Assembly: GCA_039028635.1 (NCBI GenBank)
Contig: JBCCHV010000019.1
Coordinates: 28,343 to 92,342 of the forward strand
Direction of reading: 5' to 3'
DNA length: 64,000 bases
Source: Acidobacteriota bacterium
Lineage (GTDB): Bacteria; Acidobacteriota; Thermoanaerobaculia; Multivoradales; JBCCEF01
The position numbers and the translations under genes were made by a program. The notes below the pieces were generated by a model. That model had not been told where the DNA came from. It saw only the letters and a list, made by a program, of their open reading frames with translations, and made no database searches. Below, one piece after another: positions 8,786 through 18,099 of the stretch. How positions within the stretch are numbered: the first letter of the stretch is position 1; every line of letters begins with the position of its first letter.

Positions 8786-10969
8786 GTGGTCAAGAAAACC
8801 AAGAAAGCCAAAGCTTTGAAGAGCACTGCCACCTCACTGGAGAGCAGCCCCCCGGAACAGCCGGAAGCCGTCGACGCGGAATCCCCCTCGCAGTATCTCA
8901 ACCGCGAGCTGAGCTGGCTGCGCTTCAACGAGCGCGTCCTCGAAGAAGCCCTGGACACCCGCCATCCGCTGCTCGAGCGGGTCAAGTTTCTAGCGATCTT
9001 TTCGAGCAACCTCGACGAGTTCTTCATGATCCGCGTCTCGGGCCTGCGCCGCCAGCTCGCTGTCGGCGCCCTCGAGCCACCGCCCGACGGCATGACGCCG
9101 GCGGAGCAGCTCGCCGCCATTCGCGAAGCGCTCACCCCGCTGATCGAGAGCCGCGCCCGCTGCTGGAACGACGACCTGCTTCCCAAACTGCGCCACCGCG
9201 GCATCCGGGTGCTGCGCTATGACGATCTCAAGAGCAAGCAGCGCAAGCTCCTGCGGCGCCACTTCCGCAGCGAGATCTTCCCCACCCTGACGCCCCTCGC
9301 CTTCGACCCGTCGCACCCCTTCCCGCACATCTCGAACCTGAGCATCAATCTGGCGGTGGTGATCAACGACCCCGGCCACGGCGACCGCTTCGCCCGCCTC
9401 AAGGTGCCCAACAGCCTGCCACGGCTGCTGCGCATTCCGAGCGAGGACAAGGCCGGCAGCTACCAGCGTCTCGGCCTCGAGCTGCCCCAGGCGACCCATT
9501 TCGTGTGGATCGAGGAGGTCATCGCCGCCAACCTCGACCTGCTCTTCCCGGAGCTCGAGGTGGACGCCGCCTATCCCTTCCGGGTGACCCGCGACGCCGA
9601 CCTCGAGATCGAGGAGGACGAGGCCTCGGACCTGCTGTCGGCGATGCAGGAGGTGGTCGGCCTGCGCCACTTCGGCTCGGTGGTGCGACTGGAGGTCGAC
9701 GAGCGCATGCCGGAGCGCATTCGCGAGATCCTCACCCGCAACCTCGAGCTCGCCCCCTACCAGGTCTATGAAGCCGAAGCGCCGCTCGGCATGTCCGACC
9801 TCTTCGAGCTCACCAAGGTCGAACGACCGGAGCTCAAGGACCCGCCGTTCCTGCCTTTGGTGCCGCCGGAGCTGAGCGGCGAAGAGAGCCTGTTCGCCGC
9901 CATTCGGCGCCGCGACGTTTTGCTCTATCACCCCTACGACAGCTTCACGCCGGTAGTCGACTTCGTGCGCCAGGCGGCCGAGGACCCGGACGTCCTGGCG
10001 ATCAAGCAGACCCTTTATCGGGTGGGCCCCAACTCTCCCATCGTCGAGGCTCTGATGGAGGCGCGCGAGAACGGCAAGCAGGTGTCCGCCCTGGTCGAGC
10101 TCAAAGCCCGCTTCGACGAGGCCAACAACATCGTCTGGGCGCGCGCTCTGGAGCGTGCCGGGGTGCACGTGGTCTACGGCCTCCTCGGCCTCAAGACGCA
10201 CGCCAAGATGTGCCTGGTGGTGCGCAAGGAGCACGAGGGAATCCGTCGCTATGTCCACCTCGGCACGGGCAACTACAACCCGGAGACGGCGCGCATCTAC
10301 ACCGACCTGGGCTTCTTCACCGCCGACGAGGAGATCGCCTCCGACGTCTCCGACCTGTTCAATGCCCTCACCGGCTACTCGCGCAAGGATCGCTACCACA
10401 AGCTGCTGGTGTCCCCCCACTCGATGCGCCAGCAGCTCCTCGACCGCATCCAGCGGGAGATCGACCTGCATCGCGAGAGCGGCGATGGCCACATCGCCTT
10501 CAAGATGAACTCGCTGGTCGATCGCGCCTGCATTCGCGCCCTCTACGAAGCCTCCCAGGCAGGCGTCCGGATCGACCTCCAGGTGCGCGGCATCTGCTGC
10601 CTGCGGCCCGGCGTGCCGGGCCTCTCCGAGAACATCACCGTGACCTCCATCGTCGGTCGCTTCCTCGAGCACGCCCGGATCTACTACTTCCACAACGGCG
10701 GCGCCGAAGAGATCTATCTCGGTAGCGCCGACCTCATGCCGCGCAACCTCGACGGGCGCGTCGAAGTGCTCTTCCCGGTGAGCGATCCCGCCCTGCGCGA
10801 TCCGCTACGGGACGAGATCCTCTTCCTCCACCTGCGCGACAACCAACAGGCCCGCCTGCTCGAAGCCTCCGGCACCTACCAGCGGCTGACGCCCGGAAAG
10901 CGCCGTCACGGCGACGACACCCAGAGCATCCGCCTCGCCGAGCGCGGCTCCTGGCACCTCGAAGACTAG
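8786..10969 (+). CDS. ppk: Polyphosphate kinase 1
   Basis: 727 aa; PPK1 N-terminus (YLNRELSWLRFNERVLEEA) and C-terminal PLD-like HKN motifs; divergent from the pst operon. Confidence 0.9.
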   Translation: MVKKTKKAKALKSTATSLESSPPEQPEAVDAESPSQYLNRELSWLRFNERVLEEALDTRHPLLERVKFLAIFSSNLDEFFMIRVSGLRRQLAVGALEPPPDGMTPAEQLAAIREALTPLIESRARCWNDDLLPKLRHRGIRVLRYDDLKSKQRKLLRRHFRSEIFPTLTPLAFDPSHPFPHISNLSINLAVVINDPGHGDRFARLKVPNSLPRLLRIPSEDKAGSYQRLGLELPQATHFVWIEEVIAANLDLLFPELEVDAAYPFRVTRDADLEIEEDEASDLLSAMQEVVGLRHFGSVVRLEVDERMPERIREILTRNLELAPYQVYEAEAPLGMSDLFELTKVERPELKDPPFLPLVPPELSGEESLFAAIRRRDVLLYHPYDSFTPVVDFVRQAAEDPDVLAIKQTLYRVGPNSPIVEALMEARENGKQVSALVELKARFDEANNIVWARALERAGVHVVYGLLGLKTHAKMCLVVRKEHEGIRRYVHLGTGNYNPETARIYTDLGFFTADEEIASDVSDLFNALTGYSRKDRYHKLLVSPHSMRQQLLDRIQREIDLHRESGDGHIAFKMNSLVDRACIRALYEASQAGVRIDLQVRGICCLRPGVPGLSENITVTSIVGRFLEHARIYYFHNGGAEEIYLGSADLMPRNLDGRVEVLFPVSDPALRDPLRDEILFLHLRDNQQARLLEASGTYQRLTPGKRRHGDDTQSIRLAERGSWHLED

Positions 10970-11005
10970 GCTTGATTCTTTCGCAGCATCTTTATCTAGC
11001 CGAGC

Positions 11006-13546
11006 TCACGGGCAGGTGCCAGGGGTCGCCGAGAAGGTGTTGGTGACCGCAGTCCCGGGCCCCAGGGCGGTAGCCGGCGACACCATGTGGACCCCCGCCC
11101 CATCGATCTCCAGTCCCGGACCGAGGGTGATCGAGTTGCTTGCGGTGAAGGTCGCGGCAGCGCTCAGGGTGGTGTTGGCGATCACCGCGTTTGCCGGGCA
11201 GCCGCCAAAGTCCAGAAGCCAGGCGCCTCGCCCCAGGGTTCCCGCCAGCAGCACATCGTCGGCGGGATCGTAGTCGAGCTCGTAGACCGGGGCGTTCGGC
11301 AAGCTGATTCCCAGCGGCGTCCAGGTCGAGAAGCCCGCGCCCTCGCTGGCGGCGTAGACGCCGGTGTCGGTGCCCACCACCAGCAGGTCGCCGCCGGGAC
11401 CGTTGACGTACTCGGCGAAGTTGATATTTCCGGCGTTGTTGCCCGGAGCGGTGAACAGATCGCCGGTGACGGCGCTCCAGGTGGATCCGGCATTGTTGGT
11501 GCGGAAGACGTTGGCGACGTCGACGGCAAAGGCCACCGTGTCGCTGTCCGGATCGAGCACCACCGCGGTGATGCCACGGAAGTCGGCCGTCAGGGTGGTG
11601 CAGGAGACGGCGGCGCCCGGCGCACCGATGCGCTGGCAGACCTGCGTGGCGGTTCCAAAGTAAAGCAGCTCCGCATTGCCCGGCCGACCGTAGGCAATCG
11701 GGCTTCCGCCAGTGAACGAGGTGATCCTGGCGGTCGAGATGCGGTTGATGGTGTCGAGGCGGGTCAGGCTCTCGTAGACGCCGTTGGCACCCCCCGCGAT
11801 CAGCCGAGTGGGGTCCAGCGCATTCACCGCCAACGGGGTCTTGAACTGCGGCGCGATCGCCGGCGAGCCGCCGATCGGCGTCAGGGTCGGCTCCATCGCC
11901 GTCACCAGGACGTTGGCGGCATCATAGATGCGGCGGGTCAGGGATTGCAGGTTCTGGGCGCTGGCGTAGCGGGTCGACTGGCTCGCCAGGGGATCGCCGG
12001 GCGCCACCACCACGTCTCCCCCGTCCCCTCCCCGCACCGTGGCCCACACCGAGCTCGCCGGCAGCAGTTGCTCACCGCTGCCGTTGTCCTGGTTGCCGGA
12101 GATGATGATGTTACTGAGCGAGTCGTAGGCGCTGTCGTGCTGCTCGATGGCCGCCAGGTTGCCGACCACCGACTGCCAGTCGCCAGCGCCACCGAGGGGA
12201 TCCGTGTGGCGATAGACACCGCCGTCGTCGACCTCGATCAGGTCACCGTTGGCGTCGAACACCATCTCCCGCGAGTCGGCGTGGGGAGCGCTGTCCGATG
12301 CGGTGCTCGCCTGACCGCCACAGGCCGCCGGCAGAGGCGGTGCGCAATGGGTGATCGGGCGCGCCTGGCTGCCCGGCGCCAGATCCGCGTCGACCCTGAA
12401 CAGACGACCGACGAAGCCGCTGGCGCCGATCGAGTTCGGGAAGGCATTGCCTTGGAGCGCCTCGTTGGCGGCAGGCTGACGGTCGCCGCCGACATAGACC
12501 ACCGAGTGGTCCAGCGGATCGGCGACCAGCGAGAGATGGGGGTTGCACTGCCCCCCCGGGTGAACTCCATAGACGGCGCCGAACAGCTCGGTAGTCTGCG
12601 GCAGGTCGAGGCTGGACCAGTTCGTCCCGCCATCGGGCGAGTGGAACAGTCCCGACAGGCGGCCGCTGGCGCAGGTCGCCACGAAGAGGTTTCCACCACC
12701 GCGGCCGGCCACCACCTGCACCACCGCCGGCGTGGCTTCTAGCGCCATGTCCATCACCGAGCCGGCGCCGACCTGGGTCCAGGTCGCCCCGGTATCGCTG
12801 CTGCGGTAGAGACCGTCCTCCGCCAGGCCGAGGCCGGTCGAAGGGACGTACAGTCGCGTACTCAGGGTGGGATCCTGGGCCAGGTCGAAGGCGAAGCCGC
12901 ACGGCAGCCCCGCGGCGCTGAGGCCGCCGAAGAGGTTGTGAGACAGCCGGATGAAGGTACTCCCCGAATCGGTACTGCGAAAGATCCCCAGAGACGAGCA
13001 GCTCGAGAACGGTCCCCGGACCGCCGCCACCAGAGTCGAGCCCCGGGGGGCCACCCCCCGCAGGTCGAGTCCGACGAGATTTGCCGACGGCAGGAGAGTC
13101 CAGGAGACCCCACCGTCGGTGGTCCTCATCACCCCCTCCAGCGCGCCGCCGATGCCACCGTAGGCACTGGTGTGGCCGATCCCCGCCACCAGTGTCTGAT
13201 GGCTGCCGTCGGTGGGATCGAGCTCCAGGGCGGCGATCGAGAGGGACCGCAGGTGGTCCGTCTGGGCGGTCCAGATCGGAATCGAAGCGGTGGCATCGAG
13301 GGTGCGGAAGACGCCTCCGTTGACTGATCCGACCCACAAGATGTCGGGATTCGTGGGATGCGCCACCACCGCCTCGAGGGCGCCCGCCACCGGTCCGGCG
13401 GAAATGTTCTCCACCGAGCCGAGAAGGAGCGGCGCCGGGCCCTTGGCCTCCCAGACCAGCTGTCCTTGAGCCTCCACACTAAAGGCGGCTGCGAAGCAGA
13501 GGATCGCGACGACGATCCGGTGGTGATTGCGAGCGGTATTTTTCAT
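11006..13546 (-). CDS. Secreted BNR/Asp-box repeat protein (sialidase/glycosidase-like beta-propeller)
   Basis: Multiple S-x-D-x-G-x-T-W boxes (STDSGSTF, SSDTGATW, SPDGGTNW, TTDGGVSW, TNNAGSTW). True start at MKNTARN... (GGAGGGAG RBS, signal peptide); the ORF-track N-terminal extension to 13855 is rejected. Confidence 0.75.
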   Translation of the reverse strand: MKNTARNHHRIVVAILCFAAAFSVEAQGQLVWEAKGPAPLLLGSVENISAGPVAGALEAVVAHPTNPDILWVGSVNGGVFRTLDATASIPIWTAQTDHLRSLSIAALELDPTDGSHQTLVAGIGHTSAYGGIGGALEGVMRTTDGGVSWTLLPSANLVGLDLRGVAPRGSTLVAAVRGPFSSCSSLGIFRSTDSGSTFIRLSHNLFGGLSAAGLPCGFAFDLAQDPTLSTRLYVPSTGLGLAEDGLYRSSDTGATWTQVGAGSVMDMALEATPAVVQVVAGRGGGNLFVATCASGRLSGLFHSPDGGTNWSSLDLPQTTELFGAVYGVHPGGQCNPHLSLVADPLDHSVVYVGGDRQPAANEALQGNAFPNSIGASGFVGRLFRVDADLAPGSQARPITHCAPPLPAACGGQASTASDSAPHADSREMVFDANGDLIEVDDGGVYRHTDPLGGAGDWQSVVGNLAAIEQHDSAYDSLSNIIISGNQDNGSGEQLLPASSVWATVRGGDGGDVVVAPGDPLASQSTRYASAQNLQSLTRRIYDAANVLVTAMEPTLTPIGGSPAIAPQFKTPLAVNALDPTRLIAGGANGVYESLTRLDTINRISTARITSFTGGSPIAYGRPGNAELLYFGTATQVCQRIGAPGAAVSCTTLTADFRGITAVVLDPDSDTVAFAVDVANVFRTNNAGSTWSAVTGDLFTAPGNNAGNINFAEYVNGPGGDLLVVGTDTGVYAASEGAGFSTWTPLGISLPNAPVYELDYDPADDVLLAGTLGRGAWLLDFGGCPANAVIANTTLSAAATFTASNSITLGPGLEIDGAGVHMVSPATALGPGTAVTNTFSATPGTCP

Positions 13547-13611
13547 TCTCCCTCCAGCGCCAGTTTCTCGATGCGAGTTTCTGCAGCTCCGACCAGGACC
13601 GCTGGGAGCGC

Positions 13612-14766
13612 TCATGGCGGCATCGGTCCACGCAGCTGCGTGGACCGGAGGGTCCGTTCCCACACCGAGCTGCCGCTGCCGAGGACGATCGCGTGCAGGC
13701 GCCGTGGCGATTCCTCCCACTCTTCTCCCGAGCGGCGACCGAAGGGCCGCTCGATCAGGACGACATGATCGTCGTCGACGAAGAATGGGGAATGCGCCTG
13801 GCGGTGCCGTAGGCGCCCCACCGACTCTCCGGTTTCGAGGGACAACAGCGACCACTCGTACTCCTCCGCCTCCCCCCGGGCGTGCCGCTGGGTAACCAGC
13901 AGATGGCGGCCGTCCGCCGAGGGAAATTGCAGCAAGTGGGGGCCGCGAAAGAGCTCGTGATCCGGCAGCGGCTCGCCGCCGGATCGCTGCCAGCGCTTGA
14001 GGATGATCCTGCTGTCCGGCGCGGTCTGGCCGCCGACCACCTCGGTTGCCGCGATCACCACTCCCGCCGCCACCGGCCCCACGGCGGAGCGACCAGCGGC
14101 ACGCCAGGCTTCAACCGAGGGCGGCCAGGCCGGCGCCGGCGGAGCGTTCTCGACGGCGACCAGCTCACCGGCCTGTCGATCCCACTGCAGGGCGCCGCGG
14201 CGGAGCGTCTCCGGCGGTGCGCCGGCGCCCGGCGCGACCCCTTGGGCGTAGCGTTCGGTCTGAGTCCAGACGAGCTCGAGCTTCCCCGTAGAGCGCCGGC
14301 TGGTGAGCTCGAAACGACGACCGATCGCCTCGTCCAGGGTCGCCCGCACCCCCGCCGGCAGGGTCACCGAGAACGACTCCTCGAGCCGGCCGGCGGCCGC
14401 ATCGAGCAAGACGACATGCAAGCGCGACAGGGCGCCCGGACGAATCACTTGAGCCACCAGCCGGTCGCCGTCGAGCGCTACCGGCTGGTCCGCCTCGTCA
14501 CTGGTCCAGAGGACACTGCCGGACGCCAGCGAGATCTTTTCCAGTCCGCCCTCCGGGCGCATGGCGTAGAGCGCCCCGTCCGCCGGATCCACCACCACAC
14601 CGAGGGTGAGCTCGAAGGCCTCCTGAGTGGCCGCAGAGCTCCACGCCAAGGCCCATCCGACGACGACGAGCGTCACCCTCCGGCGCCACCGACCGGCCCG
14701 GCGAGCCACCGGCGCGCCGGCGCGCTCCCCTGGCCCCTGCGGGGCCGCCCCTGAGCGGCGCCTCAC
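13612..14766 (-). CDS. Secreted hypothetical protein, possible PQQ/BamB-like beta-propeller repeats; Tat-like RRR signal
   Basis: 384 aa; N-terminal WRRRVTLVVVGWALAWSSAA signal; repeated 'G.LYA...G...W' segments; its ATG overlaps the upstream gene stop (ATGA). Confidence 0.55.
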   Translation of the reverse strand: MRRRSGAAPQGPGERAGAPVARRAGRWRRRVTLVVVGWALAWSSAATQEAFELTLGVVVDPADGALYAMRPEGGLEKISLASGSVLWTSDEADQPVALDGDRLVAQVIRPGALSRLHVVLLDAAAGRLEESFSVTLPAGVRATLDEAIGRRFELTSRRSTGKLELVWTQTERYAQGVAPGAGAPPETLRRGALQWDRQAGELVAVENAPPAPAWPPSVEAWRAAGRSAVGPVAAGVVIAATEVVGGQTAPDSRIILKRWQRSGGEPLPDHELFRGPHLLQFPSADGRHLLVTQRHARGEAEEYEWSLLSLETGESVGRLRHRQAHSPFFVDDDHVVLIERPFGRRSGEEWEESPRRLHAIVLGSGSSVWERTLRSTQLRGPMPP

Positions 14767-15464
14767 GGCGCGCCTTCGAGGCGGGTGGTCAGCTGGCGAA
14801 TCTGCTCCTGCTGTCGCTCGAGCAGATGCTGCTGCTGGATGGCGTAGAGGGTGAGCTCCTCGACCTTCTCGAGCAGCTTGAGCTGCATCGTGGTCATGTC
14901 GAGGCCCTGCGCCGAGATGTCCTGCGCCGACGGCACGCCGGGCAGGTGGCGATGGCGGCGAACGAAGGCTTCGACCTCCGCCAGCGGCCGCAGCTCGTAC
15001 TCGGCGTCGAAGACGTAGTCCGGAATCGAGCTCCCCGGCTGCTGGGCGGTGATGTTGCCGGCGAAGATCACGTTGCCGCCGGCCATCAGCCGCATCTCGT
15101 TGACCCCAGAGGCGGCGGCGGTGATGATGAAGCCGTTGCCCGCCAGGGCATTGCTGAAGGTCCAGGAGCGGGCGCCGGGCGCGGTGTCGGTGATCCGAAA
15201 CTCCGTGCGGCCGCGGTTGCGAAGCTCGAACAGGTCGCGGATAGCGGTGGTCGTCGCCGCCTCCTCGACCAGGATCCGAGCGCTGCCGTCATCGCGCAAG
15301 ACGTGAAGCGGAGTGGTCGGAGTCTCCGTTCCGACGCCTACCGCGCCGGCGCCGTCGACGAACAGGCCATCGCTCTGGGCACCGGCAGAGCCGATCGGCG
15401 CGCAGGCCAGAAGCATGATGATGATGAGCGGCGTCGAGCGCCGCCGGGCTGCGAGATTTTGCAT
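14763..15464 (-). CDS. Secreted hypothetical protein with C-terminal coiled coil (tail-fibre-like)
   Basis: Start at MQNLAARRR (GGAGGG RBS, signal peptide LIIIMLLACAPIGSAGAQ); C-terminal heptad-rich LKLLEKVEELTLYAIQQQHLLERQQEQIRQL. The upstream part of the ORF-track ORF is rejected. Confidence 0.55.
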   Translation of the reverse strand: MQNLAARRRSTPLIIIMLLACAPIGSAGAQSDGLFVDGAGAVGVGTETPTTPLHVLRDDGSARILVEEAATTTAIRDLFELRNRGRTEFRITDTAPGARSWTFSNALAGNGFIITAAASGVNEMRLMAGGNVIFAGNITAQQPGSSIPDYVFDAEYELRPLAEVEAFVRRHRHLPGVPSAQDISAQGLDMTTMQLKLLEKVEELTLYAIQQQHLLERQQEQIRQLTTRLEGAP

Positions 15465-15823
15465 AGATATCCCTCCATTCTGGTCGTTCCTGCTACCGAA
15501 GAACGGTGCGTACCGGACCCACTGCCTGCTGGAGAGATACAGAGAAGAAACCGAATCAGCGATCAGACCATACACTACTTCGAAATAAAACAAAAACGGA
15601 TGACCGACTCGGTCCATGGTTCCGCGGAGCAACCTGGCGGTAGGCCTCGCTTCGATGGAGTGTCGAAACTTCGTCCTCGCCGGCGCGTTGGAGAAGCCAT
15701 GGCAAAATCTCGTCGTGCCCCCTCCTGTCGGCTGACCCGATCTACTCACCACCTTCCTGCTGCTCGAGGCGCCCACTCCGCAGCGACCAAGTCTTCGCCC
15801 CTGTGCACGACGTTGGAGGGATC

Positions 15824-17350
15824 ATGACCGCTCCCAATCGGGCCCTTTCTTGGCCGCTGGTGTTGATTCCCGGCCTCAAGCTCCTGCTCCATGCCCTGAC
15901 CTTTCGCGGCTACGGCATCTTCCGCGACGAGCTCTACTACGTCGCCTGCAGTCAGCGCCTCGACCTCGGCTACGTCGATCATCCGCCCCTCTCGATCGCC
16001 CTGCTCGCCGCCTGGCGGGGGCTCTTCGGCGAGTCGCTGCTGGCGATGCGCCTGGCGCCGGCCCTCGCCGGAGCCCTCACCGTGCTGTTGGTCGGCCTGA
16101 TCACCCGCCAGCTCGGCGGACGCTCCTTCGCCCAGATCCTCGCCATGACCGCTGCCGGCACCGCTCCGGTGATGCTGGCCCTGCACCACTACTACTCGAT
16201 GAACGCCCTCGATCTGCTGGTCTGGGCCGCCGCCGGGTGCTGGCTGTTGCGTCGTCCCCAGGCCGGTCCGCGAGCCACCTGGTTGGGCCTCGGCGTCCTC
16301 TGCGGCCTCGGTCTGCTCAACAAGATCAGCGTCCTTTGGCTCGGCGCCGGTCTCCTCGTCGCCATTCTCGCCACCCCCTTGCGCCGCGACCTGCGCCAGC
16401 CCTGGCCGTGGCTCGGCGGCGCCGTTGCCGGGGCGATCTTTCTCCCCCACGTCCTGTGGCAGATCGGGCACGGCTGGCCGACCCTCGAGTTCATCGCCAA
16501 TGCCACCGGCGAAAAGATGGTCAGGGTCGCCCCGCTGGACTTCTTGCTCGGCCAGGTCGAGATGATGAGCTTTTTCATCGCACCCCTCTGGCTGGGGGGC
16601 CTGGCCTGGCTACTCCTCAGCCGCCGCGGTAAACCCTTCCGAAGCCTTGGCTGGATTTACTTGACGGTGTTCGTGATCCTCGCCGCCAGCGGCAGCTCCA
16701 GGCCGAGCTACCTGGCTCCCGCCTACGGCTTCCTGCTCGCCGCCGGAGCCGTCGCTTTGGAGAACCTCACCAGCGGCAGGCTCGGTCGGTGGCTGCGGGC
16801 TGGAGTGGCGGTGATCGTCGTCGCCGCTGCCGCCCTCGTCGCGCCCTTCGGCATGCCTCTCCTGGCCGTCGACGACTACATCACCCACGCCCAGCGGCTG
16901 GGAGTCGAGCCTTCGACCTCGGAGCGCCGCGAGCTCGCCGCCCTGCCGCAGTTCTATGCCGACATGCACGGCTGGCAGAGGATCGCCGACGCCGTGGTCG
17001 AGGTCTATCGCAATCTTCCGGAGGCCGAGCGCCGACAGGCCGCCGCCTTCGCGCCCAACTACGGGGTCGCCGGCGCCATCGAGGTGTTGGGCGGCGACCT
17101 CGGCCCGCCGGTGATCAGCGGACACAACAACTACTGGCTCTGGGGCCCCGGCGAGGCCAGCGGCGAGGTGGTGCTGGTGGTCGGCGGCGAGCGCGACGAG
17201 CTGGCGGAGAGCTATCGCTCCGTCGAGCTCGCCGCGGTGGTCGACTGCGGCCACTGCCTGCCGTCCGAAAACCAACGGCCGATCTTCGTCGCTCGCGGCC
17301 TGCGCGCCCCGGTCGACGACGTCTGGCGGTCCGTCAAGCACTTCGACTGA
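15824..17350 (+). CDS. Glycosyltransferase family 39 (ArnT/PMT-like membrane glycosyltransferase)
   Basis: Polytopic protein with the GYGIFRDELYY motif near the N-terminus typical of GT39/GT83. Start ambiguous between 15803 and 15824 (GGAGGG precedes the second ATG). Confidence 0.75.
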   Translation: MTAPNRALSWPLVLIPGLKLLLHALTFRGYGIFRDELYYVACSQRLDLGYVDHPPLSIALLAAWRGLFGESLLAMRLAPALAGALTVLLVGLITRQLGGRSFAQILAMTAAGTAPVMLALHHYYSMNALDLLVWAAAGCWLLRRPQAGPRATWLGLGVLCGLGLLNKISVLWLGAGLLVAILATPLRRDLRQPWPWLGGAVAGAIFLPHVLWQIGHGWPTLEFIANATGEKMVRVAPLDFLLGQVEMMSFFIAPLWLGGLAWLLLSRRGKPFRSLGWIYLTVFVILAASGSSRPSYLAPAYGFLLAAGAVALENLTSGRLGRWLRAGVAVIVVAAAALVAPFGMPLLAVDDYITHAQRLGVEPSTSERRELAALPQFYADMHGWQRIADAVVEVYRNLPEAERRQAAAFAPNYGVAGAIEVLGGDLGPPVISGHNNYWLWGPGEASGEVVLVVGGERDELAESYRSVELAAVVDCGHCLPSENQRPIFVARGLRAPVDDVWRSVKHFD

Positions 17351-17408
17351 GCTGCGCCGGCGAGGGCGTGTGCAGCGAGGGCCGAACCCAGGGGCACGCC
17401 GGCCGCCG

Positions 17409-18089
17409 TCAATCGGGCTCGGTGAGCTCCGCCACTTCTCGAATCCAGCGATCCGAGCGCCGCTCGCGATGGCGCCCGGCGATGCGCTCGCGAGCTTCGC
17501 CGAGGGTCTCCGGAAACTCGACGAAGACGGCCGCCAGCAAGCGCTCCTTGGGCGGGATCCCCAGACGCTCGAAGGCTTCCGGCGAGCGCAGCTGACCGCC
17601 GCTCGACCAGTAGGTCCCCATGCCGTGGGCGGTCAGCATGAGAAGCAGGTTCTGGACCATCGCCGAGCTCGCCGCCAGGTGCTCCTCGTCGGTCGTCACC
17701 TGACTGTCCTTGCGTTCTTCGAGGTGGTAGAACTGCGGCACCCAGGTCACCACGACCAGCGCCCCGCAGGCGTACATCATGTTGGGCAGCTTGTTGGACG
17801 GCGTCATCTCCGGGAACCAGTCGCGCATCTTCCCGGCCAAGCGCTGGCATTCCGGATGCCACAGGACGTGGGCCCGCCACGGCTCGGCGAGGCCGCCATC
17901 GCCGCGGAAGAAGTGGAACGGAGCCCAGCCGGCGACACGCAGGGACTCGAGAACTCGCTGCCGGTTGGTCTCCACCGCCGCCGGCGAGAAGGCCGCGGCA
18001 TCGTCCGCACTGCCCATCACTTTGAAAGTCTTGCGGCCACGGATGGCGGCCGCCACAGCTTGCGGATCGGTTAATGATTGATCTGCCAA
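17409..18089 (-). CDS. Nitroreductase-family protein
   Basis: 226 aa; nitroreductase-fold motifs (RGRKTFKVMGS..., C-terminal MGTYWSSG region); immediately downstream of acs. Confidence 0.75.
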   Translation of the reverse strand: MADQSLTDPQAVAAAIRGRKTFKVMGSADDAAAFSPAAVETNRQRVLESLRVAGWAPFHFFRGDGGLAEPWRAHVLWHPECQRLAGKMRDWFPEMTPSNKLPNMMYACGALVVVTWVPQFYHLEERKDSQVTTDEEHLAASSAMVQNLLLMLTAHGMGTYWSSGGQLRSPEAFERLGIPPKERLLAAVFVEFPETLGEARERIAGRHRERRSDRWIREVAELTEPD

Positions 18090-18099
18090 TTTGAAGTCC

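Noticed and set aside
248-13337. Numerous long ORFs antisense to or out of frame with the pst genes, the 2PGK::iPGM fusion, ppk and the BNR protein. Examples: 248..1066 +, 1889..3592 +, 3574..4692 +, 4990..6180 +, 6214..7800 +, 8990..10693 -, 11087..12742 +, 12243..13337 -.
   Set aside because: Their translations are low-complexity Arg/Ala/Gly/Pro-rich strings, typical of stop-codon-poor frames in ~70% GC DNA. Each overlaps a gene with clear homology, RBS and operon context on the other strand or frame.
13547-13855. N-terminal 103-codon extension of the BNR protein ORF (ORF track 11006..13855)
   Set aside because: The extension overlaps the 3' end of the upstream gene and starts with GTG. 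The internal Met at 13546 has a GGAGGGAG RBS and is followed immediately by a signal peptide.
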